Source: Candidatus Adlerbacteria bacterium RIFOXYC1_FULL_48_26 (lineage in GTDB: Bacteria > Patescibacteriota > Minisyncoccia > Phycocordibacterales > SBAW01). From it: a DNA stretch of 64,000 bases. This document shows, in pieces, positions 28,330 to 36,729 of the stretch. The stretch's first letter is position 1; each line of letters starts with the position of its first letter. The notes beneath the pieces were generated by a model, which saw nothing but the letters and a program-made list of their open reading frames with translations, had not been told where the DNA came from and searched no databases. The position numbers and the translations under genes were made by a program. The DNA lies in NCBI GenBank assembly GCA_001773575.1, contig MEXB01000004.1, positions 10,217 to 74,216 of the forward strand, in the 5' to 3' direction.

Positions 28330-30432
28330 CTACTGCGTAGGGGCAGCAGCACCGCCGTTAGAGGTGAGCCACTGTTGGACTGAGTAGTCCCAACGAGTGA
28401 ACTGGGGGTCGTTTGCCGGGTTTGAAGGCTGTGGACCGTTTGGATTGTCTTTATCTACCCAGTAGAGGATTTCGTGGATCTGGCCATCACTGCCAGGTAT
28501 ATACCATTGTCCGCGAAGGGCAGGCTTAAGCCCACTATTATCAACTTCTGTTCGAGTGAAAGATGCAGTGGGGAGTTTATTCAATGCATAGGCCATAAAT
28601 TCATTCCACATAGGGCCGACGATAAAGCCGGATACTTTACGCACCATCGGCTTGTTGTCGTTGTTGCCCACCCACATACCAACCACTAGGTTCGGTGTAT
28701 ACCCGATGGTCCATGCGTCTTTGTAGTCGTTTGTGGTACCTGTTTTAACTGCAACGTCGTGGCCAGGGAAGGTAAAGAGAGTGTTCTCTCCAAGAGGTGC
28801 TCGTGCAACAGGGTCTGAAAGAATATCGTTTATTTCTCGAGCAACAGTTGGGGGAAGTATCTGAGTCCCTGCAGTTTGTGTATTGTCTTCAATTACATTT
28901 CCATTAGCGTCTTCGATTTTAATAACGCTTAGTGGTTGGTACTTCACACCGTCAGTGGCAAATACGCCATATGCGCTCGACATATCAAGGAGAGTCACTT
29001 CGCCGCCGCCGAGTACCAATGTAAGTCCGTACTGGTTAGCATTGGTGAGAGTTGAAATACCCATAGATTTTGCCAACTCCAAACTGCTGTTAATACCTGC
29101 CAAATAAAGGGCTTTAATAGCAGGTACGTTGATTGACTGTGCAAGTGCGTCACGCAAGGTCATAGGGCCGCGGAACTTGCCGTCATAGTTGTCAGGGGAA
29201 TAGCACGGCGCAACTTTATTTGTGACGTCGTAGGCAGAGCACGATGTTGAGAATTGGGTCTGTGTGTCGAAGACCACAGTGTCTGGTGTGTATCCTTCTT
29301 CAAACGCTTTGGCATATACGAAAGGTTTAAACGAAGAACCTGGCTGGCGTTCGGCCAATGTTACGTTAAAGTTGCCACCAATCTCTGTATCGAAGTAGTT
29401 ACGAGACCCAACCATCACAAGTATCTGTCCGTTGGTGGGGTCGAGTGCGATCATACCGGCATTCGAGGCGTTGAAGTTGGCTTGTTGTGACGCTGCACGC
29501 GCCATCACAATCTCCTGAGCTTTCGCTTGCAGGTCTGCGTCAAGCGTAGTTGTTACTTTCCAGCCGCCTTGCTCCGCTGCCTCAGGACCGTATTTTTGTT
29601 CAAGATATTGCTGAACATAGAAGACAAAGTGAGGGGCTGTTATTGATGATGTGCGCTGGGGAACAAAGGTCACGACCTCGTTTTCTGCTGCAATTCGCTG
29701 TTCTTCTGTCAGGTACCCATGCTCCTCCATTTTTTTAAGCACAAGATTCTTTCGTGCGTCCAACTGATCTTTACGGTTTCCGTATGGTGAATAGCGTGAT
29801 GGGGCAGGCAAGACCGCGGCTAAATATGCAGCTTCAGCAACATTGACCTCGCTCGCATGTTTTCCGAAGAACGTTTGTGCTGCTTGTTCAACACCGTAGA
29901 TATTTCCACCGTATGGAGCGTGGTTGAGATAGAGTTCTAGAATCTGTGATTTTGTAAGCGACTGTTCCACCTTAAGTGAGAGTAGCCACTCTTCGATTTT
30001 ACGAATAGGGCTCTTAGCGCCCGTAAGCAACGTAAGCTTAACCACTTGTTGGGTGATAGTTGAGCCGCCTTGGGAGGCAGAGAGAGTAAGAATGTCCACT
30101 AGTATGGCGCGGAGTATTGCCCTAGGTTTAATTCCGTAATGCTCGTAGAAGGTTGGGTCTTCAATAGCAAGAGTGGCATTCTGAATGTTCTGGCTTACAG
30201 AAGAAAGGGGAATAACGGTTCGGTTAGTGTCGTTGTTTAGGCTATATAGCAGTACGTCCCCTGTACGGTCGTAGATTTTGGTCGACTGTTCAACTTTGCG
30301 CGACTCAAGAGAGGCGAGGTCGGGCACCTTAAGGCTAGAAGCCCATAGAAAAATAAGGCCAAGGAAAAGAAACCCTAAACCGAAGAGCCAGACGAGGGTT
30401 ACACGCCAATGCTTTCGCAAATAACGCCACAT
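28330..30432 (-). CDS. Class A penicillin-binding protein (PBP1A family)
   Basis: Glycosyltransferase motifs EDPTFYEH and GGSTITQQ; transpeptidase motifs SSFK, SIN and KTGT. Confidence 0.95.
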   Translation of the reverse strand: MWRYLRKHWRVTLVWLFGLGFLFLGLIFLWASSLKVPDLASLESRKVEQSTKIYDRTGDVLLYSLNNDTNRTVIPLSSVSQNIQNATLAIEDPTFYEHYGIKPRAILRAILVDILTLSASQGGSTITQQVVKLTLLTGAKSPIRKIEEWLLSLKVEQSLTKSQILELYLNHAPYGGNIYGVEQAAQTFFGKHASEVNVAEAAYLAAVLPAPSRYSPYGNRKDQLDARKNLVLKKMEEHGYLTEEQRIAAENEVVTFVPQRTSSITAPHFVFYVQQYLEQKYGPEAAEQGGWKVTTTLDADLQAKAQEIVMARAASQQANFNASNAGMIALDPTNGQILVMVGSRNYFDTEIGGNFNVTLAERQPGSSFKPFVYAKAFEEGYTPDTVVFDTQTQFSTSCSAYDVTNKVAPCYSPDNYDGKFRGPMTLRDALAQSINVPAIKALYLAGINSSLELAKSMGISTLTNANQYGLTLVLGGGEVTLLDMSSAYGVFATDGVKYQPLSVIKIEDANGNVIEDNTQTAGTQILPPTVAREINDILSDPVARAPLGENTLFTFPGHDVAVKTGTTNDYKDAWTIGYTPNLVVGMWVGNNDNKPMVRKVSGFIVGPMWNEFMAYALNKLPTASFTRTEVDNSGLKPALRGQWYIPGSDGQIHEILYWVDKDNPNGPQPSNPANDPQFTRWDYSVQQWLTSNGGAAAPTQ

Positions 30433-30461
30433 TGGTGTTAGTATAGCAGGTATAGATTTAT

Positions 30462-31634
30462 ATGGGACTGTTTTCAAAGAAACCGGCCGTTATAACTGAC
30501 GAAGCAAAAGTAAACGAACTTTTAACGCGCGGCGTTGAAAATCTCGTACCTAAAGAGCTCGCCTTTAAAAAACTTCGCTCGGGCGACCGTCTGCGTGTGT
30601 ACTGGGGGATAGACCCAACAGGTACGCAGATTCATCTTGGGCACACACTCTCGCTCCGAAAGCTCAAAGCCTTTAGTGACCTTGGTCATGAAGTCATTTT
30701 GGTCATTGGAAGTTTTACAGCGATGATAGGCGACCCAACTGGTCGTGATGCCCAGCGCGCACCGCTTACGAAAGAGCAGGTAGAAGAAAATTTCCAAGAC
30801 TACAAACGCCAGGCACAGAAGGTCCTCGATTTTTCTAAAATAGAAATTCGCAAAAATGGCGATTGGCTTTCACCTCTCAATTTTTCAGAGATCATCAAGC
30901 TCGCAAGCAACTTTACGGTTCAGCAGATGTTGAAGCGTGATATGTTCCAGCGCCGTATAGAAGAAGACAAGCCAATTTCGCTCCACGAGTTTCTCTACCC
31001 GTTGATGGTGGGGTACGACTCTGTTGTGCTTGATGTGGATTGTGAGCTTGGCGGCAGTGACCAGGAATTCAATATGCTTGCAGGGCGCCACTTACAGCAG
31101 GCGATGGGTAAGCGCGATAAGTTTGTGCTCACAACCAAGCTTTTGGAGGGCACTGATGGCCGCAAGATGAGTAAGTCTTTCAATAACTGCGTCTACCTCG
31201 ATGACGCCCCTTCAGATATGTACGGCAAACTCATGTCAGTAAAAGATGAATTGCTACCGGTCTATTTTGAATCTGCTACAGATATGCCAATGGAAGAAGC
31301 GGCAGAAATTCTCAAAGGTCATCCTAAAGATGCAAAGATGCGTCTCGCGCGTGAAATCGTAACTATGTACCACAGTAAGGCTGCTGCAGAAAAAGCAGAA
31401 GCAGATTGGACGAATACATTTAGTGAAGGGGGAGTGCCAGAAAATATTCCTACGGTCCCTGCTGGGAAACTGCGCGACCTTGTTGAAGGTGTCTCTATGA
31501 GTGAACTTCGTCGTTTGGTAGAACAAGGCGCAGTCTCTTCCGTTATCTCTGGAAACAAAATAGAAAGCATTGAGGTAGAAATCAAAAACGATACCCTCCG
31601 TATTGGAAAGCATCGTTTTCTAAAAGTAGAATAA
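30462..31634 (+). CDS. tyrS: Tyrosine--tRNA ligase
   Basis: GIDPT...HLGH, GGSDQ and KMSKS motifs. Confidence 0.97.
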   Translation: MGLFSKKPAVITDEAKVNELLTRGVENLVPKELAFKKLRSGDRLRVYWGIDPTGTQIHLGHTLSLRKLKAFSDLGHEVILVIGSFTAMIGDPTGRDAQRAPLTKEQVEENFQDYKRQAQKVLDFSKIEIRKNGDWLSPLNFSEIIKLASNFTVQQMLKRDMFQRRIEEDKPISLHEFLYPLMVGYDSVVLDVDCELGGSDQEFNMLAGRHLQQAMGKRDKFVLTTKLLEGTDGRKMSKSFNNCVYLDDAPSDMYGKLMSVKDELLPVYFESATDMPMEEAAEILKGHPKDAKMRLAREIVTMYHSKAAAEKAEADWTNTFSEGGVPENIPTVPAGKLRDLVEGVSMSELRRLVEQGAVSSVISGNKIESIEVEIKNDTLRIGKHRFLKVE

Positions 31635-31638
31635 GTTT

Positions 31639-31791
31639 TTATTCTTCAGGTTCTTCGCCGAAGCCAGCGGAGAAATCATCATCGTCATCTCCTTCTGCAT
31701 CTTCGTCGTCCTCAGACTCTGCGTCCTCGGTGGCGGTTTCTTCCTCCTCTTCTTCGTCTAGCAAAAACTCTTCTGCAAACTCCTCACTCAT
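31639..31791 (-). CDS. Extremely acidic 50-aa microprotein
   Basis: MSEEFAEEFLLDEEEEEETATEDAESEDDEDAEGDDDDDFSAGFGEEPEE; fills the gap between ruvC and tyrS. Confidence 0.7.
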   Translation of the reverse strand: MSEEFAEEFLLDEEEEEETATEDAESEDDEDAEGDDDDDFSAGFGEEPEE

Positions 31792-31850
31792 ATCTTCGTT
31801 TCTTAACTTAATAATTTTAAGCAATGGAATAACTAACAATGAGATTTGTA

Positions 31851-32327
31851 TCAAATAAACTTATTTGATGCAAGGCATGTCAAGCCAACAGCAATAGCGT
31901 CCATCTCATCGTCTAGACGTTTCTTTTCAGGGATGGTTACAAGGCGGGGGATCATTGCCGCAATAGCGGCCTTGTCGCTCTTGCCGTAGCCCGTAATAGC
32001 CACTTTGACCTGCAGAGGCGTGTATTCGTGCGCTGGAAGCCCCACAGAGCTCGCTATATAAAGGAGCATGCCTCGGACAGCGGCTACATCCATGGCGGTT
32101 TTGGCGTTCTTTTCAAAGAAGACGCTTTCTACTGCAACGCAGCCTGGTTGCCAGGCATCAATAGTTGCCTGCACTGCAACACCAAGCTCTGCTAAACGTT
32201 GAGGGAAGGTGAGTTTTGCTGATGTCCGTACACACTCAGAGTGCAGCAATACTTCTTTGCCGCCGACTTTCTCTACAATAGCAATACCCAAACGTTCAAA
32301 GCCAGGGTCGAAGGCGAGCACTCTCAT
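31851..32327 (-). CDS. ruvC: Holliday junction resolvase RuvC
   Basis: DPG, AVESVFF, YTPLQVKVAITGYG and DDEMDAIA motifs. Confidence 0.95.
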   Translation of the reverse strand: MRVLAFDPGFERLGIAIVEKVGGKEVLLHSECVRTSAKLTFPQRLAELGVAVQATIDAWQPGCVAVESVFFEKNAKTAMDVAAVRGMLLYIASSVGLPAHEYTPLQVKVAITGYGKSDKAAIAAMIPRLVTIPEKKRLDDEMDAIAVGLTCLASNKFI

Positions 32328-32339
32328 AGCACAATTGTA

Positions 32340-32864
32340 CTACGCAGCACTTGTGTAGATTTCACTGACGTCATCGTGTTCTTCTAGTGCGTCAGAGAGG
32401 TCTGCCATTTTTTGGGCATCTTCGTCGGAGAGCTCAATAGGGGAAAGGGGTTCTAGTACGCCCTCAGCATTTTTTTGGAATGCCCACATAGCAGCACCTG
32501 GCGTTGCGATACTCCCACCATGCTGGCTCAAAAGGTGTTTGAGTTCCTGCACTGTGCGGTTGCGTGAGTCTGTGTAGCCTTCAATAATTACCGCACATCC
32601 GCCGGGACCATATGCTTCGTAGACAACTTTTTCAAGTTCTTTTTCTTCAGACTTAGCGAGTGCGCGGTCAATATTGTCGTTAGGCATGTTTGCAGCCTTT
32701 GCCTTTTCAATAGCGGTGCGTACGCCAGGTGCAGTTTTGTCACCCTTCGCTGCTTTCAGTTCAATACTTATAATCTTTACCAACTTACTAAAAAGCTTCG
32801 ACTTCTGTGTGTCGGTTTTACCTTTAGTGTGTTTTAGTTTTGCCCATTTACTATGTCCTGCCAT
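32340..32864 (-). CDS. yebC: YebC/PmpR family protein (short form)
   Basis: MAGHSKW, ANMPNDNI, YEAYGPGG and TDSRNRT motifs. Confidence 0.94.
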   Translation of the reverse strand: MAGHSKWAKLKHTKGKTDTQKSKLFSKLVKIISIELKAAKGDKTAPGVRTAIEKAKAANMPNDNIDRALAKSEEKELEKVVYEAYGPGGCAVIIEGYTDSRNRTVQELKHLLSQHGGSIATPGAAMWAFQKNAEGVLEPLSPIELSDEDAQKMADLSDALEEHDDVSEIYTSAA

Positions 32865-32873
32865 ACGAGGATT

Positions 32874-33896
32874 TTACAAAAGTTTTTCGTTTAAGTCAGC
32901 TGGAGGAGTTCTGCCGACATGTCTGTATGCGGCGGCTGTTGCAACGCGGCCGCGAGGGGTGCGCTCTATAAGACCAAGTTGTAGAAGAAATGGTTCGTGG
33001 ACTTCTGCGATGGTTGAAGGCTCTTCAGAAAGAGCTGCGCCAAGCGCGCCAACGCCGGCAGGGCCTCCATTAAAACGATCCATAAGTGCGATAAGAAGTT
33101 TTCTGTCGATCGGTGTAAGACCGAGCTCATCTACCTCAAGCAAGTTCAATGCTGCTGTAACCATCTCTGCTGAGAGGGGAGAACGTTTAAGTTGGGCGTA
33201 GTCGCGGGCGCGTTTCAAAAGGTAATTTGCAGTGCGAGGGGTTGAGCGGCTGCGGCGGGCGATTTCTTTAACGCCGCTTTCTTCAACCTCTGCCCCCAGG
33301 ATATCTGCTGAGCGGCGAACAATATCCGCGATGTTATCTTCTGAGTAAAATTCCAAACGATACACGCCGCCAGAGAAACGTGAACGAAGAGGTGCGGATA
33401 GGTCCGCTACGCGTGTCGTCGCAGCTATCAATGTGAAAGGGGGAAGGGGTAAATCCAACGTGCGCGCTGAAGGTCCTTTGCCAATAATGATATTGAGAGA
33501 GCCAGACTCCATGGCGGGGTAGAGGACTTCTTCAATAGAGCGAGAAAGGCGGTGAATTTCGTCGATAAACAAAATATCACCAGGGGCTAGGTTTGTAAGA
33601 AGCGCTGCTAAATCGCCAACGCGTTCAATAGCAGGGCCTGAGGTTGAGCGAAGCGTTCCGCCAAGCTCGTTTGCGATCAAGTGTGCAAGAGTTGTCTTGC
33701 CTAGGCCTGGTGGGCCATAAAAAAGGATATGTTCAGGAGGGTTTTGGCGCTCTTTTGCAGCACCTAAAAGGATCTTTAAGTTGTTTTTTATTGTTTCCTG
33801 CCCGATATATTCATCAAACGTAGAAGGGCGGAGGGCGGTGTCCAAAAAGGCGTCATTCCGGGGCTGGACAATTGGTTCCTCAGATGTGCTTGACAT
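32874..33896 (-). CDS. ruvB: Holliday junction branch migration helicase RuvB
   Basis: [25 protein letters not shown] and RTPRGR motifs. Confidence 0.97.
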   Translation of the reverse strand: MSSTSEEPIVQPRNDAFLDTALRPSTFDEYIGQETIKNNLKILLGAAKERQNPPEHILFYGPPGLGKTTLAHLIANELGGTLRSTSGPAIERVGDLAALLTNLAPGDILFIDEIHRLSRSIEEVLYPAMESGSLNIIIGKGPSARTLDLPLPPFTLIAATTRVADLSAPLRSRFSGGVYRLEFYSEDNIADIVRRSADILGAEVEESGVKEIARRSRSTPRTANYLLKRARDYAQLKRSPLSAEMVTAALNLLEVDELGLTPIDRKLLIALMDRFNGGPAGVGALGAALSEEPSTIAEVHEPFLLQLGLIERTPRGRVATAAAYRHVGRTPPADLNEKLL

Positions 33897-33918
33897 GCAA
33901 TATTTACTATGCTAGGAT
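33890..33918 (+). promoter_or_regulatory. Near-consensus sigma70 promoter driving the putative ncRNA
   Basis: TTGACA-N17-TAGGAT with a TG extended -10. The stem starts 7 nt downstream. Confidence 0.75.
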
Positions 33919-33925
33919 ATTCTCA

Positions 33926-34073
33926 GTTCGGGCTACAGAGATCTCTAAGCAATCTCGGCGTCACACTAAGGACGTTTCGGCATTTACTTTATGTAAATTG
34001 CGGAGGCTATCCTCATGAGTGACACGCTTTTCGACTTGATTGAAATGTTGCTTAGAGATCTCTTGGCCTGAAC
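33926..34073 (+). ncRNA. Rod-shaped structured ncRNA, candidate 6S-like RNA
   Basis: 26-bp closing stem with 16 perfect pairs, an asymmetric central bubble and nested apical stems. It has its own promoter and terminator and no ORF. Confidence 0.65.
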
Positions 34074-34096
34074 CTACTCCAACTCTACTCCTCCCT

Positions 34097-34136
34097 ACAA
34101 AACCCGCAACGTTGACCGTTGCGGGTTTTGTGTTTT
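34097..34136 (+). terminator. Intrinsic terminator
   Basis: ACAAAACCCGCAACG-TTGAC-CGTTGCGGGTTTTGT followed by GTTTTT. Confidence 0.85.
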
Positions 34137-34195
34137 TGGAGAACTGGCTTTTTATATAAAAGATTGTACAGTGTCACGCAGATTGGAGGTGCACT

Positions 34196-34519
34196 ATGCA
34201 AGTTCCTGCGACGGATTTTGCGACCAGAATCACATGCAACTACTGCAATCAAGTTGTTGCGGAAGGGGACATGGATGTTCATCTGTGTCACGAGATGCCG
34301 AGGCGTATCTGGAATTTCCAGAACATAGAAGTCGTGCATCGGCGTAAGGTCCGAAAGGAGAAAAGGTGCAGGGTTATTTTTCGGACTCTCTACCTTCTTG
34401 TGGCGCTTGTAAGCGTACTTGGCGCAGTATGTACCCACGAGTACGAAAAATATCTTCTGTTTGGAGCGTTGGTGACCGCGGTCACCATGCTTGTTCATCT
34501 TCTTGTGCTGGAGGATTAA
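34196..34519 (+). CDS. Hypothetical small membrane protein with possible Zn-finger
   Basis: GGAGGT Shine-Dalgarno, CNYC...HLC motif, two C-terminal TMs and a downstream terminator. Confidence 0.65.
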   Translation: MQVPATDFATRITCNYCNQVVAEGDMDVHLCHEMPRRIWNFQNIEVVHRRKVRKEKRCRVIFRTLYLLVALVSVLGAVCTHEYEKYLLFGALVTAVTMLVHLLVLED

Positions 34520-34528
34520 GGAAACTAT

Positions 34529-34562
34529 AAAAGGCCGCTCACCGAAAAGTGACGGCTTTTTC
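34529..34562. terminator. Bidirectional terminator
   Basis: AAAAGGCCG(C)TCAC-CGAAAA-GTGACGGCTTTTT between convergent genes. Confidence 0.65.
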
Positions 34563-34565
34563 TTT

Positions 34566-36251
34566 TTATATACCTGTATTCAAATCGACCACACGCCCTA
34601 ATTCTTCAAGAGAGGTGACGCCACGAAGAACTTTAAGGATGCCGTCTTCCTGCATAGTAGGAATAGCTTGTGCGCGAGCGGCCATAGCAACTTCGCGTTC
34701 AGATGGTTTGCTGCGCAAGATTTCTTCAACAGGCCCATCCATAAAGATTGCTTCAAACACACCAATGCGGCCTTTGTAGCCGCGGTTATGGCAGACCTCA
34801 CATCCTTGCTCGTTTGCTACTGAAATCGTTGAGTGGTTTTGTGGAATGAGAGATTTATCCAAGATGCCGTTCAAATACGTATCAATTATTTTTTGTTCAT
34901 CAGGAGTTGCTTGGCGGACTTGCTTACACTTTACGCACAACTTTCTAAGAAGACGTTGTGCCATCGCAACGCTCACCGCAGAACTCAAAACTTTTTCGCT
35001 AATACCTAGGTCAATGAGGCGGGGGAATGAACCTGCTGCATCGTTTGTGTGCAATGTAGAAAACACCAAGTGTCCTGTCAGTGCGGCGTTGATAGCCACC
35101 TCAGCCACTTCGCCGTCGCGGATTTCTCCCACCATGATAATGTCGGGGTCTTGGCGGAGTGCGCTGCGAAGGCCGGCAGCGAAACTATAATTTTTCTTAT
35201 CAACCTGTGTTTGAACAATACCGTTCAAGTGATATTCCACAGGGTCTTCAATCGTAATGATTTTTGTTTGCGGAGAATTTACCTTACGCAAAAAGGCATA
35301 GAGCGTAGTGGTTTTACCGGAGCCAGTAGGGCCGGTGGTCAAAATCATACCGTTTGGTTTTGCTACCTCGCGTTCAATACGTGCCAAAAGTTTTGGTTCA
35401 ATACCAAGCTCTTCAAGCGGAACTGAAATTGCTGATGGATTCAAAATACGCATCACCATCGTCTCTGAGTAGTTACCAGGCAACACGGATGAGCGGATTT
35501 CTATTTCCTCACCTTTGATTTTTATACTGAAGCGTCCGTCCTGTGCATCTGCAATGATGTTGAGTTTTAAGCCAGACAAAAGCTTTAAGCGGGAAAGCAA
35601 CAAACGATATGTTTCGTTATCAAGCGCGAGAACGTCAATAAGTACGCCGTCGAGACGGTAACGCAAGCGAACTTGTGTTTCTTCAGGTTCAAAGTGGATG
35701 TCAGACGCACCTGTTGCCATCGCTCCGGCCAAGATAACTTCCAGAATGCGGGTAATGCGGTAGGTGTGCTTTGTTGATTTCACTGCCTCTTGTATGAGGT
35801 TGCCTACGTCTGCCAAGCTCGTGACCTCGGTAAGAAGTTTTTCAAGCTCCTCATTAGAGAGGTTGAATACGCCGGCTTTTGTCTCTGTTGCGTAGGAAAG
35901 TTCTGCGTAACGGTCATACGCACGCTTCAAACTTTCCCCCGATGCCATAAAGAGAACAGGGCTATAGCCAGCTTCGGTAAGGCGCTGAATCTCCATTTTT
36001 ACTTTAGGGTTTTCAGGTGAACGCACTGCAACGCTGATACGTTTGCCAACTTGGCCAAACACAGCCATCTCCGCTTCGCGGGCCATAACTTCAGGAATAA
36101 TACGAAGCGCGTCGGCGCTTACGGCAACAAGAGATAGGTCTATATACTCCACGCCGTATTTTTGCGAGAGCATTTGTGCAAGTTCTTCCTCCTCGCGCTT
36201 TCTGAGGAAATCCAAACGCTTATTTTGTTCTGCGTCTGCAAAGACAACCAT
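34566..36251 (-). CDS. pilB: Type IV pilus assembly ATPase PilB/GspE
   Basis: ASDIHFEP, RYRLDG, GPTGSGKT, EDPVEY, LRQDPD and HTNDAA motifs, plus a tetracysteine motif. Confidence 0.93.
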   Translation of the reverse strand: MVVFADAEQNKRLDFLRKREEEELAQMLSQKYGVEYIDLSLVAVSADALRIIPEVMAREAEMAVFGQVGKRISVAVRSPENPKVKMEIQRLTEAGYSPVLFMASGESLKRAYDRYAELSYATETKAGVFNLSNEELEKLLTEVTSLADVGNLIQEAVKSTKHTYRITRILEVILAGAMATGASDIHFEPEETQVRLRYRLDGVLIDVLALDNETYRLLLSRLKLLSGLKLNIIADAQDGRFSIKIKGEEIEIRSSVLPGNYSETMVMRILNPSAISVPLEELGIEPKLLARIEREVAKPNGMILTTGPTGSGKTTTLYAFLRKVNSPQTKIITIEDPVEYHLNGIVQTQVDKKNYSFAAGLRSALRQDPDIIMVGEIRDGEVAEVAINAALTGHLVFSTLHTNDAAGSFPRLIDLGISEKVLSSAVSVAMAQRLLRKLCVKCKQVRQATPDEQKIIDTYLNGILDKSLIPQNHSTISVANEQGCEVCHNRGYKGRIGVFEAIFMDGPVEEILRSKPSEREVAMAARAQAIPTMQEDGILKVLRGVTSLEELGRVVDLNTGI

Positions 36252-36300
36252 GTCTATATAATACAACGCATTTCTGTAAAAATTTGTTAGACTGGCCAAT

Positions 36301-36729
36301 ATGAAAGTGAAGAAGGAAGGGCTCGGGGAATTAGTGAGGGAAGTGCTTGCTTCAGTAAAGCTCGCTTCAGCATCCGCGACAGTTGTTGCCTTGAAGGGTG
36401 ACCTTGGCGCGGGTAAGACAACCTTTACTCAAGAGTTAGCAAAACAGCTTGGCATTACTGACGCAGTGCAAAGCCCAACATACGTTTTGATGAAGTCGTA
36501 CCCGATCAACTTCAACGGTTTTACAAAACTCATCCATATAGATGCGTACCGTTTGGAAAAACCAGAAGAATTTTCTGCTCTTCAACCAGAAACATTTTTA
36601 CATAATCCAGAAAACCTTGTTGTTATTGAGTGGCCTGAGAGGGTGGAGGGAGTCCTTCCGACCCGAGATTTGCTCATAAACTTCACCCATACGGATTCTG
36701 AGGAAGAGCGGTATATTGAAGTGGTATGA
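36301..36729 (+). CDS. tsaE: tRNA threonylcarbamoyladenosine biosynthesis ATPase TsaE
   Basis: GDLGAGKTT, SPTY, HIDAYRL and IEWPE motifs. Confidence 0.96.
   Translation: MKVKKEGLGELVREVLASVKLASASATVVALKGDLGAGKTTFTQELAKQLGITDAVQSPTYVLMKSYPINFNGFTKLIHIDAYRLEKPEEFSALQPETFLHNPENLVVIEWPERVEGVLPTRDLLINFTHTDSEEERYIEVV

Noticed and set aside
34085-34498. 137-aa minus-strand ORF and the many other short antisense or overlapping ORFs in the track
   Set aside because: They shadow better-supported genes or cross terminators and have no recognisable motifs.
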